A stretch of DNA of 64,000 nt from Balanoglossus misakiensis (Eukaryota; Animalia; Hemichordata), in NCBI GenBank assembly GCA_040954595.2, contig CM082577.2, positions 18,264,303 through 18,328,302 of the forward strand, read 5' to 3'. A program made the translations under genes and the position numbers. This document shows positions 50,612 to 64,000 of this stretch, piece by piece. How positions within the stretch are numbered: position 1 is the first letter of the stretch; the number at the start of each line of letters is the position of its first letter. The notes below the pieces were generated by a model that was given only the letters and a program-made list of their open reading frames with translations, did not search any database and was not told where the DNA came from.

Positions 50612-52595
50612 ATTAAAGCTGCAAGCAGCGTTGGTGGGGCACAAACGGTTCCCATGGTAACCAGCAAATGCCAAGGCTGTATCTGCTGTGGATACCAAGA
50701 TATTGGAAAGTAGGTCAAAGTTCACCTGAGGTCACCCCAAATTTGAGCAAAAAAATCGGACCCCATACTAGTCTAGGTCCAACAAAAACCAGACCCCTAG
50801 CTCTATTGGTTCGCCTAGAATTAGGTATGCGCATAATTAATGAGGTATTGTGTAAGACTCCATATGTGCTCCATCGGCCCCCAAAAGCCAGGACTCTAAC
50901 TGCTGTGGATGCTGAGATATGGTAAAGTAGATCAAAGGTCATCCAAGGTCACCCAAAATTTGGTCATAAAATTCTGACTCCAGAGTGGGCCATGTCCAAC
51001 TAAAACCAGACCTCTAGCCCTATTGGTTAGCATGGAATTAGATATGCAGAAAAATGATGTTTCAGAAATAGGTCAAGGGTCATTGCCAAACTTACCAAAA
51101 TATTTGTTTCATGTCCTGGCAGCATTGGTACCAATGTCCACAAAATTCATGACTGTGGTGCTTTGACAAGAGGAGGTATGGGGAATATGCATATATTATT
51201 AGTTGTTTTAAAACTGGGTCAAAGGTCATGTGAAAATTGGCCCGAAAAATTGTGACAACTTCCGGTCATATGATGACTCATATCCAAAAAAAGAATTTCT
51301 GTGCTGTCAACATTTTGGCCACATACCCCGAATCCCGTGACTCGGCAATCCGCTGGTTCTGGAGAAGAAGATTTTTAAAGTTTTAAGTAGTTTTTCAGAA
51401 AAAACAATTTTAGCAAAAAAACTTTATGTGTGACGTCATGATTTCAATGGGGTAAAATGATGGACAGAAGGTAGGCTACCTGCACACCAAATTTGAACTC
51501 GATCGGCCCAGTAGTTTTTGAGAAGGACTCGTTTAACGATTTTCAGGAAATCCAATATGGCCGCCAGGTCACGTGACTAATTAAATATTCACGAGCCACT
51601 GCACGTCGACTCATTGGCCCCTATCACTCTACCAAGTTTCAGTCCCCTAGGTGCAGCGGTTTTCCAGATCTACCTGGCCGAATTTTGGGGAAGAAGAAGA
51701 AGATTAAAGCTGCAAGCAGCATTGTCCGGGCCCAAGCTCTATTATCTGATCTGATTATTAGATATGCACATAATTAATGAGTAGAAACATAATGCTGTGT
51801 TTTATCCCATGAAATATCAAGGTTATATCTATGTTTGGTGCTGATATAGTGTTAAGTAGGTCAAAGGTCACCCACAATTTGGGCAGAATATTTTGACCCA
51901 TAGTGGTCCATGTCAAACAAAAACCAGACCTCTAGGCCTTTTGGTTAGCACGGAATTAGGTATGCACATAAATAATGAGTTGAGCAGGGGTCACAGGTGA
52001 CCCAAAACTTTGGCTTTTCATTATGGCCCCATACCTCCAAACGCCAAGGGTGTATCTGCTGTGGATGTCGACATATGCAAAAGTAACTCAAAGGTCACCC
52101 AAGGTCACCCAACATTAGGGCAAAAAATTTTGACCCAATACTGGTCCATGTCCAACAAAAACCAAACCTCTAGGTCTATTGGTTCATCTGTAATTAGGTA
52201 TGCAAATATTTAATGAGGTCAGCAGAGGTCAAAGGGGTCATGAAAAGTAGCGAAATTTCACATACACATACAAATCCACATACATCAAAAACCAAAATGA
52301 TAGCCCTATAGGCTAGCCTGGAATTAGATATGCAGAAAAAAACGATGTGTCAAAAGTAGGTCAAAGGTCATTGCCAAAATTACAAAAATATTTGGGGTAG
52401 GTCCTGGCAGGGGTGATACCAATGTGCACAAAAATCAGAACTCTGGTACATTTAGAACAGGTAGTATGAGCTATATATGCATATATGCAAGTTTTTAAAA
52501 AAGTAGGTCAAAGGTCATGTAAAAGTTGCCAAAATATTTGCAACATATTCTAGTCATATGACGACTCATATCCATAAAAAGAATTTGTATGCTAT
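50612..52595 (+). repeat. Two adjacent copies of the AGGTCAAAGGTCA repeat element (50612-51702 and 51703-52595)
   Basis: Each starts ATTAAAGCTGCAAGCAGC. The second matches 1-836. Confidence 0.85.
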
Positions 52596-54789
52596 CTATT
52601 TGGTTGAGGTCAAAATAGTATACACGTTTTCCACAGACTCTTTGTCGAATATGTCAGGGTTGTTCGCAAATAACAACAACCGATTGTGAGTACGCCAGAA
52701 CTGCTTCTCCAAGTCAATTAACTTACCTTCCCTAGCTTTCTCAGTAAGCTTGGGTACTCGTTCTGATCTGCATAATGTGTATACATTTTCATCCATAATT
52801 TCCACATTTGTTTCAGTTTCATGAATCTTTGCTTTTGTTACAATTTGATCTGTTTCATCAGGCTTGATCATCAGCGGTTGGCACTGATTCCTGGTGTCCT
52901 TTTCGGCCATAGTTGAACTTGGGTGAACACAACTAGAGAGCTGAAACAATCACTGTGACTATTCAGTGTAGATAAAAATTTGGAAATCTAAACCCGAGGG
53001 AGTAACTACACAAGCATTTTGATGCCGGGTACTGACAGTGAAAAATTTCAAACACTTTGACAAATACAAACTGAGTGAGTTTCAACAAAGGAGACTCTTT
53101 GTATCGCAAAGGCTGATGCGAATGACACTAATGTGCACAATTTTGGGACATTGAGAAAACTAAATAATCAAATTCACACATACACACAAGCCAAAATGAC
53201 TATGATGAAATGTGCTCAGAGTTCAAAGTTCAATATTAATGTTCAAAGTCAATGTTCAATACTATGTCCTAATTCTGAAGGAGAGTGTCCAAAATGTTCA
53301 ATCTGCTGCTTCTGTTAACAGTCGCTGAACATCACTCTTCTCTGCAGTCTGTGATCTTCATGGGTTGATTCAACAGTAGGGTAATTATAGGCGAATACTG
53401 GCTGAACCTCGAGGCTGAACCATGTAAAGGCGCCCTCGACGACGAGTCTTCGGCTGAACCGATGATGTCACACACAACGATGTAGGACGACGATTTCACC
53501 TCCAGATCGGACAGCAATAAAATCGTTGAAAGACTTACGTCCGTTCTGAGTTCTCTTTCGAAGGTCCGAGTTCCTACTCGCGCTCGAGTTTTTACTGTGA
53601 CCGCCAAAGCTTTTCCGAAATATTCAAAAGTCAAAGTCGAGTTTCCTTGTACGGGTCTTCGGTTTATTATTGATAAATCGATCGAGCGATCGCCAAACGC
53701 GACCGTACGAGACTGTACACAATAGTCGAAAGACTTCGAAAGACGAGACTGTGAACATACCTCGATGCGAATAGACCGAGAACGAATAAACCGTGGTACG
53801 AATAGACCGAATAAACCTTGTCTCGAATAGACCTAGTTAGACCTGGTTTCGAATAGACCAAGACCGTAAAAACTGAAACATAAATACGAATACAAAATGT
53901 CAAATCAAAAGAATTACATGTACAGAAAATCGAGAATAATTTCAATTGAAAACAGATATGTGCAAGCAACACAGTTCGATGTACGTGACTGATGTACATG
54001 ATGCAGACAACTCCTCAAAGTCTGATTACAATAAAGTTTTCACGAAAATACAATTCATCCCTGAAAGAATACCGAAAGATGTATTACCTCGCTGGCGACT
54101 TGTAAAGCCTTGTGGTCGGGAAGTTTCGAAATACGAATGAAATATCGAAGGGTACGAAACGAGAGACGAGGGTGTACTTCACCGTCCCATATAGTCTCGG
54201 TTACCCAGACGCCTTTGCTCTTCCGATGCTCTCCAGAAAAGGGTCTGGGGAAATACTATTGAAAGCTTTATAAAACAAAATGGCCGATGTCAGGATTTTG
54301 ATCATTGCCTGATTGGCTGAGCTATCAGTATGACCCAGGTCACTGACTCTCGACAATGTGTGATTATTTGTCGTCTCTTCATATCAAGAGACCGGTACTT
54401 TTTGGTTGATGCGAAAGACAAAAGGCGTCCTCTGTTAGCATTGTTGGAGAAATTATACGAAATATCTTTGGTAGACGATTGTCGAAACTATTGCAGTGAC
54501 CCGGGTCATACTGACAGCTCAGCCAATCAGGCGATGATCAAAATCCTGACATCGGCCATTTTGTTTTACAAAGCTTTCAATAGTATTTCCCCAGACCCTT
54601 TTCTGGAGAGCATCGGAAGAAGCAAAGGCGTCTGGGTAACCGAGACTACGTCCCATAGCGAAGTCGAAAACACGAGGTAAAATGTGTAGTGATATGACCA
54701 TCATAGATGGACTACTTGTAAAACTTTTGTGCGAAATATGGTTTGTCGATGTGTTCACAATGACCTTCAAAGGTACACATAAAGTCACA
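52596..54789 (-). mobile_element. BEL/Pao-like LTR retrotransposon 5' remnant (putative LTR ~53596-54789, gag N-terminus 52596-52910)
   Basis: The ORF has RSERVPKLTEKA, resembling BEL gag N-termini. Minus strand GGTCACA|GTAAAAAC looks like an LTR/internal junction, and TGTGAC...GTCACA are candidate LTR ends. The distal boundary is uncertain. Confidence 0.45.
54192..54648. mobile_element. Academ-like palindromic MITE with 9-bp TSD
   Basis: TAGTCTCGGTTACCCAGACGCC...GGCGTCTGGGTAACCGAGACTA with ~150-bp arms. Perfect TSD CGTCCCATA (54183-54191, 54649-54657). Confidence 0.85.
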
Positions 54790-57700
54790 ACATCTTTCTC
54801 TGTGAAAATCAAAAGTCTACAATATCGAAACTCGTAACAAAAAAGGGAACTATTTTTATGGAGTAAGGTTTTAAAGCAACAAACCGTTCGTGCATATCCC
54901 TCAATATTAAAATACGAAATTCCTTTGTTTTTGCATGGCTTCAGCCACAAGACGTAGTCCATGGAGACGTATGGATTGGGCACCGCCCATCTATACCTCT
55001 GTCTTTCCAAAGCCATTACTTAGCCATGCCTTGACTGATCATGATTTCATTAAAACTTGGTACAAGAATTATGTACTTAGATGTACATACACACATCATT
55101 TTATTTAACAATGTGATCTAATGATGGAATTTGCAACTGTACTATAAATTTACACGATTAACATCTACACACATGTGCTACTGGAGTCTGATTATTGTAG
55201 CTGTTCCTAAGATTTTATATATTGATGGCCACTTTTCTTATGTAGGCAGTAGTTAAATGTCATTGTTCATTTTGGTATGAAATAAGACTAGATATATTAT
55301 ACTTGTGACTCATACATAGCTTGAAATGAAATGTAAAATAATTTTTCAGCAAGCCACTTGTACCCCTACTGGTATATCACATGTATGTACCAGTATACTC
55401 AATGAAAATAATTAGTGAATGAATGTGTAAGTAGGTGTTTGCAAAGTATATTCCTAGGGGCTTTATGTGTTTTGTTTCAAGCAATCGTATAACCCCATTG
55501 CAAAGGAGATTTTTATAATATCAAATTTGTGTTGTGACACTTCAGGACTATACTGACATTTATGTATATTGTTGACTTTCTTTTTTTCTCATCAAATTTA
55601 TACAGTGTACTTTCCAGCAAGTCGTCAAGAATCAGTGGTGAGTTCTCCAGAATAGGCCTTTTTCTTAAGAAATAATAAATGTCTATAATAAATATCTTAC
55701 ATCATTTTTATGTGGTGATTGTGCAATAATTGTTATGTTTTTTCGTTGGCGTGGTAGTAACCCCCCAATAAAAACAACAAAACAAACAAACAAACAAACA
55801 TTTGTTTGAGGTGGTGCATAGGGCAGCAATGAAACAAATATTCCATTGTTCTGGACTATTTAATCATAGTGAGGAAGTTGAACGTTACGGTATATAAATA
55901 TCAGGTTGTTCAGTTTGAGGTCAGGAATCATGATTCTGGCATATTTATTAAGATCATTTGGCAATCACACATGTTGTCATTGTTGTTTTACTTAATACTG
56001 TGCAAGAACAACAGGTGTTGAAAATTAAAAGTTAAAGATATAACTATGTAATAATATGATTTTTCTACTGAAGCCAAGTACTGTTACAATGACATTGTCT
56101 CTTAATTTATAAATTGAGCATGTCTGATATTTCATAATGTCATTTAATCTTTTGTAGCATCCTCTGCTCTATCAGAGCTGGCACAACTTGTACAAAAGAA
56201 TGAAAAAAAGAAGACATTGTCAGCACCACATCATGCACATGCAGATACTATGCAAAAGCATACTTTGGTTTGTATACAATCATTTCATTGCGTGTTGTCT
56301 GTATCTTTTTGCATGGTTCCCATTTTGAACAGAAAATGGACCATAAAAATAAATAATGGTAAACTGCCTTTTATTAGCTTTGCCGTCAGTGATGTGGAGC
56401 CTAACAGATAGGTGGATTGTCTATTGTCTGTCCGTCCAACCGTCAACAATTGACTTCTTCTCAGAATCCACTGTTTATACAACTTTTATATTCAGTATTC
56501 AGGTCACTAGGGATGATCGAAGTCAAATGTGTGACAACTCTCATGAAATCTGCAATATTGTATTTTTGGGGCAATTTTTGCAGGTTTTTGTCATAAGGTA
56601 TCTGTGGTTTCATTTCTGTGGTATCTGTAGCTACAGATGACTTAATACCTTTAAAAAAGTAGACTTTCTGGTTGAGTGACGCTTGTTGTAAATTTACTAA
56701 TATGAAAACAACATTTTCTTGATACAATATGTCAGTCATGTGTGTAAATTATTTATATACAAGCTGGAGTGCAATGTCGTTAAAGCTATTTTAGATGATT
56801 GGTACAAACAGTCTCTTTTTCCTAAGTTCTACTCAGGCAAATTTGATAGATTGATACTGGCCTCTGCATTATTTTGTTTGGTAAACAAATTATCTTCACC
56901 AGAACAGCCTGTCAGTCAAGCTTGAAAGTTGGTATACAGGTTCTTGACAATCACTGTCATGCCTCTCATGTATCACAACAAAGGTTTGTTTTCCCTAAGT
57001 CATATCTTTTTAATACATGTATCTTGAGATGTGTCAGTCTGTTTGGGCTTGTGTTTAAATCAGCAATTTAAGTGCATAACAAAAGTAACAGTTAGTTTTG
57101 CTAATTTATCAATAATACTTTGGTAGTGACATAAACAGTATATGTGTGTCCAACATTCAATGTGCATTTGTATTGAGAACTCATGCATAATTTGTGCTGG
57201 CTATAGGAGCTGTAGTGTCATTGATGTTATTGTCCCCATGCTGTCAACAGTAACATGTAATTCCCTTTTTATTTTTCAAAGTACAGGAAGTCAAACAAGC
57301 TTGTATCCCCAAGTCCACAAGTAAGTTTAAACTTTGTAAAATACTTCTGCCTGTGTGACTAGAGAAATTCAAAGTAATAATGTATAAATTGAATTCGATT
57401 GCATTGTATTTGTTAAGTGTTTGAGATGGTGTGCTGCTGGCCTGATTTCAAGTTAACAATACAAACATTTAAGTATACAATGGAAACATTGGTGAAATAG
57501 TCTAGTATTTTATAAATGTCGACTGAGAAATGATTGTTTTACCTGAGAATTGTTGAATATTTGTGAATGCATACTCCTTCAATGTCTTAGCACATGTGCT
57601 ACAGAAATAGATTTACTGTGCCCAAATGCTTGTATGGTTAAAATGAATTTGCTATTTCATTTCTTAACTATTGTTTGAGATTAGCATATTATTGACAAGA

Positions 57701-58182
57701 CTGATTTTGTAATTTACATATCTCGTATGGGTTTGGTTAGCCTATAAGTCATTTTCACCAACCAGACATTTGACCTACTGTCACTTGAATAAAGTGAAAA
57801 GCACCATTTTGGCACAAGTTTGGCACTTTTTCCCATGATTCAAATACTTGATGAAAATGTCTTCCTGTTGCTGACTGCTCCCATTGGAGACATATATGAT
57901 AAAATCTGCCCTGATTTTGTCAGCTTTTGTCATGTGTTCATGACAGATTTTTTAAAGAGTACAAGTGTTTTCAACATGCATAAAAATTTGACTGTTTGAC
58001 ATGAGGGTTGTTCTATGTTAGGAATTTATTCAATTTCTGCATAAAATAAAAATTTAGTTTGTTCTTTTTTTGTGTTATGCAATGTAAAAGGTAACCACTA
58101 TGCCAGTTAGCACTCTTGACATTGTGAATTCAGTACCTACTCATTGCTTCTGCTTTTCTTTTCCCAATTTAATTAACAAAAG

Positions 58183-61100
58183 GTTGGTCTAACAACCATC
58201 ATGAGATTTGGTCATGGGAAGGCTATACCAGCCCTTGAAGCTGGTAAGTTTCTATACTATTTCCACTAAATTGTGTTCTAAGAAGCGTGGTTCTTGCTAA
58301 CCATTTTGGTCTGTGTGTTTGACCTGCAGGGTGTGTGACATTTCACTCATCAGAATATTTATTCTGTAATATTCTATAATTTTAATATGCTCAGAGACAA
58401 TTTACATAAGTTTTATTATCTGTTCATAGCATTTTCAGTCACTGCAGACATGGTATAGTCCTGTGACTGTCCTATAATGCCCATCTGTCTTTCTGTGTGA
58501 AGTCCACACCCTACACATGATGGTACCTGGACCATTACTCTGACATGCTCTAAATTGTATATATCAGGTGTACCTACCAATATTAAGCCGTACACTTTGT
58601 AGTAGGAATGGGTTGTTTGACAATAATTCATTGTTTGTCATAGACTACTTTTTCTTTCCATACACATGGTTTCTACTTTAATCATGTGCCAAAAATTGGC
58701 AAGTTTGGCACTTTTTCCCATGATTCAAATTATTGTAGGTTCAGGAAGACCAGACTTTAGATAAATTGCATGATTTATTGTTGGAGAAAATATGTCTATT
58801 GGATAAATTGATCTGTTGGGAGACACATATGACACATCAGCCTTGCCCACCTCCCTTTTTTACATTTGTTGTCAGAATTACCATATCTCTTATGCCCCCT
58901 TTCGAAACTTATTCATACATTTTAAAGGTCTATGTCTGAAAACTTCAGCCAGCAAAAGCAGATAAAAGGATAGAAATGACATGATTTATTTGAAATTTCA
59001 CACATATTAAAAGTTCGAACGATTGCAGATATGTTTTACCAACAATTATTCTCTATTCATGCTATGTCTATGAGTGAGCTAGAGCTCATGGATACGCACT
59101 TAATAGGATTGAACAAACAATCTAAGGATTTAAAGCATGTGGTCTAATCAGCTTAATTATTTTCAAAAAATCTAATTGATACTTACCTGCAGTTAGTCTC
59201 GCAAGATTGAATGTGATTGGTTTATTTCTGTATATTTCTGTGTTAGACCAATCTGCAATATTATGCAACAGGTGCGTAAAAGTTGTAACCTATGAGATTA
59301 CACCTTCTGATGCACTGCATATCACCAATATTTTATCTTGTTTACAGGTCCTAGTGAAAATGCCAATTTGTATGTGTACATGTATGACGAAAATGGTCAG
59401 AGCCAATGGGACACTGAAGAGTACAAAATTGTATTCAGAAAATGTAACCAAAGAATTGGTGTAGGTGGGATAAGATCTGCATACAAATGCTATATTATTA
59501 CATCAACGTACTTGGGTGTGCAAGAAAAAAAGACGTATGTGCTGAAGGAACATCTGGACTCTGCTGTGGAGGCTGTACATAGCGGTTTTTATCAGAAACT
59601 TGGAAAAACTATCCAAGAGGTGCAGTACATCATAGCGAAACGGGTCAGTCTATGATGATAATGATGATTTTCATTATTATTATTATTATTATTGCATAAT
59701 GTACTTATGATTGCACCTTTGTTGCAAGCAAAAACATAAAACTGGTTTTTTTCACTGGTGATATACAAATGAGATGAATTAGTGCCTGTTGAAAGTGTTT
59801 TATAATATAAACTTCTAGCTATTTTAGATTCCTTTTGTCATCACAATTAATACTAATAAAAATTACAATTACAATTAATATTTCTCTCAAAGTGCAGTAC
59901 TTTGTAAATTTATGTTCCCTGGACCATTACCAAGAAAAATTCAGTGGTTATGCATCTTGATCTCACACTAGTGGTCTAGTGATCACATTTGTTTGTGTCA
60001 GTTTTGATATTATCAGTATTTGGTGAATATTGTACAACTTGTGATTGGAACTACTATTGATCAACAAACTAATTTACCACTCTTAAAATGGGGAAAATCT
60101 GTCTGTGGTTGGCTGCACCATTGTTACTAGGATAAGTTACTGCACAATATATAATAAGTTGGCCTTGGTGTTATGACTGATGTAGAAATTCTGGAGGGTT
60201 GCAAAAAAAAAATATGACATAAACATGTTATGACCACCTTTACTCATATACTTGATGAATCATGAAGACATGATAATCACAGCCTCTGTTATCATTTCAG
60301 GAAGTGCAAGGCCAAATATTCGCAAGAACAGTTCCAGCAGAATTTGGTCAGACACCAGAGTAAGATCACATTTCTGATTCAATCTGAATCATCTCATCTC
60401 ATTAGGTTAATTTTTGGATTTCAGTATTCATGCACCCATTTCAGTAGTGAGGTGACTATAAGAAATTGTCCAATTAAAATGTTGAAACAACTTTGTGAGA
60501 CTGCATCACATCAGCTCATTTGTAATGCCATATTATACACTCATACTCATTGCACCTAACCATATAAACCATGTTCGTTATTTCGAAGGCCCACATGTAC
60601 TGCTTCCCTCCCCCAATTTTCAAAGATGCACTTGACTTCATATGAGGTACCATTGGTGCATCAAAACAAAATTGCCAGACTTGTAATACTTTCACGCATG
60701 TTTTCGTGGAATCCATACTCCATGTTCACATATGGAAGTCATTGGTACTCTATGGTGTAATAATTCTTTCACATAAATTTTCTATTTCTTCACATTATTC
60801 AAGCAAAATTATTTTTAAAACTGCTTATTTTTTACTTGTATTTTCTAGCATTATCCCTTGTTACTTGCTAAAAGTAGGTGAGAAGTATTTTACTTTAGAG
60901 GAATATTTGCCCGGGCCATATGTTAAATATATGAACAACATGGGTGCCATGTTGGGTGGTGACATGGAGATACGAGAAAAAATTGAGCGCATTCACACAC
61001 TGGGTGATGAACAAGTTTAACAACAGATTCCTCATCACAGACCTTCAAGGTGGGTTTTCATAATAATTCATTTTGTTTAGCATACCATTTGAAATACTTG

Positions 61101-61587
61101 TGACTGTGTATGGCTAGAATGCAACACTGTGATTTTGAACAAATTGGACATAACTTTCAAACAGTTTAATTATACTATAATATTACCCTTATACCGGTAG
61201 AATGAAATTTTGGTGGACAGACATGACATGTTAATTATTAGCCCATTACATATTTATGCGTTCTTAGTTGATATCTCAAGAATCCCTCAACCAAATATAT
61301 AGGTCATTTTAGGGCAGAATTGTTATTTAGGTGTTAACTATTAATAGCTTTTCCATCCAAATTTGGCACAAAGACATTCATGAACGACTTCAATTTCCTT
61401 CTTTATTTAAATGGCTGGGGGTATTAATTTATTTGGCCATGCAACATATTATGTAGTAAATGTATGTAGAATTTAATACCTGCCAACTCTTTGAACCTTG
61501 TATTTTTGACAATGTAGGCGTTGGTTACCGACTGACTGATGTAGCCCCAGCAAGTTGGTCGCTACTTGACAACAGCGAAAACGCAAT
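58183..61587 (+). CDS. Alpha-kinase (eEF2K/MHCK-type) domain gene, partial and possibly a pseudogene. Exons 58183-58243, 59348-59643, 60301-60359, 60849-61049, 61518-61587
   Basis: Phase-compatible GT-AG exons give IGVGGIRSAY, YVLK, FTLEEYLPGPYVKYMNNMG, AFTHW, LITDLQG|VGYRLTD. One extra A in the run at ~60977-60982. Upstream exons (~55606, ~56158, ~57281) are tentative and the terminal Cys/His exon was not found. Confidence 0.75.
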
Positions 61588-61957
61588 GTAAGTACAAGCA
61601 ATTTTAAATAAAAAATTAACATTTTTTTTATTTACAGTAACTTACAATGTACATTGATTATTTCCTATAACTTCAGAGCTTCATGTGAGCTCAAAACCTG
61701 TAATGAGCACAAAAGCTTTATCCACCTTAAGTACAGTTTCTGCTGTAAGTACATTGAAAATATGAATTGGTATTATCCATGTGAACTATCAAAATTTTTG
61801 AGTACAAATCCATGCGCATCAACAAATAAGTTATTGGTATATTTATAAAGTAACAGTAATGAAATGTACCGTTTTGTTTTTGCATTGTTTCTGTTACAAA
61901 ACAAGTGTCAATGACCTTTAAGAATAATTAGTACTTTCCCCCCCCCCCCAAAAAAAA

Positions 61958-64000
61958 AATAGCGTCAAGGACACTGTGGTCCCATTTGAGGACATAGCAC
62001 ATAGCAACATAGCAATAAGCATATCTGATATGGATGCCAAGATATGGAAAAGTAGGTCAGAGGTCACCTAAGGACATGCAAAATTTGGGCAAGAAATTTT
62101 GACCCTATACTGGTCCATGTTCAACAAAAACAAAACCTATAGCCCTATTGGTTAGCCTGGAATTAGGTATGCACATAATTAATGAGATATGCAGGTGTCA
62201 CAGGTGACCCCCAATTTTAGCTTTTCAATTTTAGTCCCAACCCTCCAAACGCCAAGTCTGTACCTGCTCTGGATGCCAAGATATGATAAAGTAGGTCAAA
62301 GGTCACCTGAGGTCATGCAAAATTTGGGCAAGAAATTTTGATCCTTTACTGGTCCATGTTCAACAAAAACCAAACCTATAGCCTTATTGGTTAGCCTGTA
62401 ATTAGGTATGCACATAATTAATGAGATATGCAGGTGTCACAGGTGACCCCCAATTTTGGCTTTTCAATTTTAGTCCCAACCCTCCAAACGCCAAGTCTGT
62501 ACCTGCTCTGGATGCCGAGATATTGGAAAGTAGGTCAAAGGTCACCTGAGGTCACCCAAAATTTTGGCAAGAAATTTTGACCCTATACTGGTCCATGTCT
62601 TACAAGAACGAAACCTGTAGCCCTGTTAGTTAGCCCGGAATTAGGTATGCACATAATTAATGTGTTAAGCAGGTGTTACAGGTGAGCCCCAAAATTTGCC
62701 TTTTATTTTGGCCCCATTGTGCTCACTGACCAATAGACAGTCACTGTACAGGACTATTGCACAGACCAGAATTCCAAAATAAGACGTGGACATAGCTTAA
62801 CCATAGAGGTATAAGTAAAGGTATAAATTTAATAAAAATACTAAAAAATTCATAAAAAATAAAACATCCATGATATCAACTTAACACTTACAGGTGAATG
62901 TGAGGTTGACATAAGGTACATGCATACCAATTTTTAAAGCAATCTGACGAGTAGTTGTTGACTTACAGAGTTTTGATAAATTTCAAATTTTTCCAGCTAA
63001 TTTGCATATTTTTGGGCCTGGCAACTTCGTTTGGACAAACTCCCATCTACAGCCCTGCCTGCACCTACACACCACATATTGAGGTGATACGCGCAGCGGT
63101 TTTCATGTTTTTGATGTGGACGGACATACAGACATACATCCATACATACATCCATCCATCCATACATACACACAGACGCAACCCATCCCATAAGGTCCCA
63201 TGGTATATAGGCCTATACCAATGGGACCTAAAAATGAAACAGTTTGCCAATGCTATTGGTTCACCATGGATCTACTTATCCTGTGTTTTTTTAAATTGAC
63301 AAAATTAGGTCTTTAAGGATATTGTGTCTTTTTTTTGGGAGGGGGTTATACAGTAATCACCATAAAAATAGCGTCAAGGACACTGTGGTCCCATTTGAGG
63401 ATAATGCGGAAACAGTGACACACCAGAATAAAAATTACAGGTGACATTGCAAGCAGATCTGCAAGCAGCAATATCGGGCCCAAGCCAACATAGCACATAG
63501 CAACATAGCAATAAGCATATCTGCTCTGGATGCCAAGATATGGAAAAGTAGGTCAAAGGTCACCTGAGGTTATGCAAAATTTGGGCAAGAAATTTTGACT
63601 CTATACTGGTCCATGTTCAACAAAAACCAAACCTATAGCCCTATTGGTTAGCCTGGAATTAGGTATGCACATAATTAATGAGATATGCAGGTGTCACAGG
63701 TGACCCCAAATTTTGGCTTTTCAATTTTAGTCCCAACCCTCCAAACACCAATTCTGTACCTGCTCTGGATGCCAAGATATGATAAAGTAGGTCAAGGGTC
63801 ACCTGAGGTCATGCAAAATTTGGGCAAGAAATTTTGACCCTATACTGGTCCATGTTCAACAAAAACCAAACCTATAGCCCTATTGGTTAGCCTGGAATTA
63901 GGTATGCACATAAGTAATGAGATATGCAGGTGTCACAGGTGACCCCAAATTTTGGCTTTTCAATTTTAGTCCCAACCCTCCGAACGCCAAGTCTGTACCT
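61958..64000 (+). repeat. Tandem 239-bp units inside two copies of a larger element; the first ends in a (CATA/CATC)n tract and hairpin at ~63120-63232
   Basis: The unit recurs at 62041, 62280, 62519 and at 63537, 63776. Both copies start AAAAATAGCGTCAAGGACACTGTGGTCCCATTTGAGGA. Hairpin GGTCCCATGGTATA...TATACCAATGGGACC. Confidence 0.88.

Overview
AT-rich animal genomic DNA with spliceosomal introns and a very high transposon load; an invertebrate such as a hemichordate or other marine deuterostome is only a guess. The centrepiece is a complete 14.2-kb cut-and-paste DNA transposon (20466-34623) with TAT...ATA termini, 363/544-bp TIRs and a perfect 6-bp TSD (GATTTT), fitting the IS3EU superfamily. 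It carries two convergent spliced genes. One is an intact 3-exon, 490-aa integrase-like DDE transposase (+). The other is an 8-exon, ~741-aa protein (-) with an uncharacterised N-terminal domain, a UBZ4-type ubiquitin-binding zinc finger and a G2E3-like HECT E3 ligase domain, broken by a single 1-nt frameshift. This element is nested in a second IS3EU-like TIR element (19172-38469), which is nested in a Kolobok-like TTAA element (19002-39853). Other contents: a CR1/L2-type LINE whose 3' end was inverted between two opposed MITE copies (shown by swapped TSDs); a Gypsy > L1/Tx1 > L1/Tx1 nest; a BEL/Pao-like remnant containing an Academ-like MITE; a spliced alpha-kinase gene or pseudogene; and several blocks of a 239-bp AGGTCAAAGGTCA-bearing repeat. 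All calls come from manual reading and no database searches were run.
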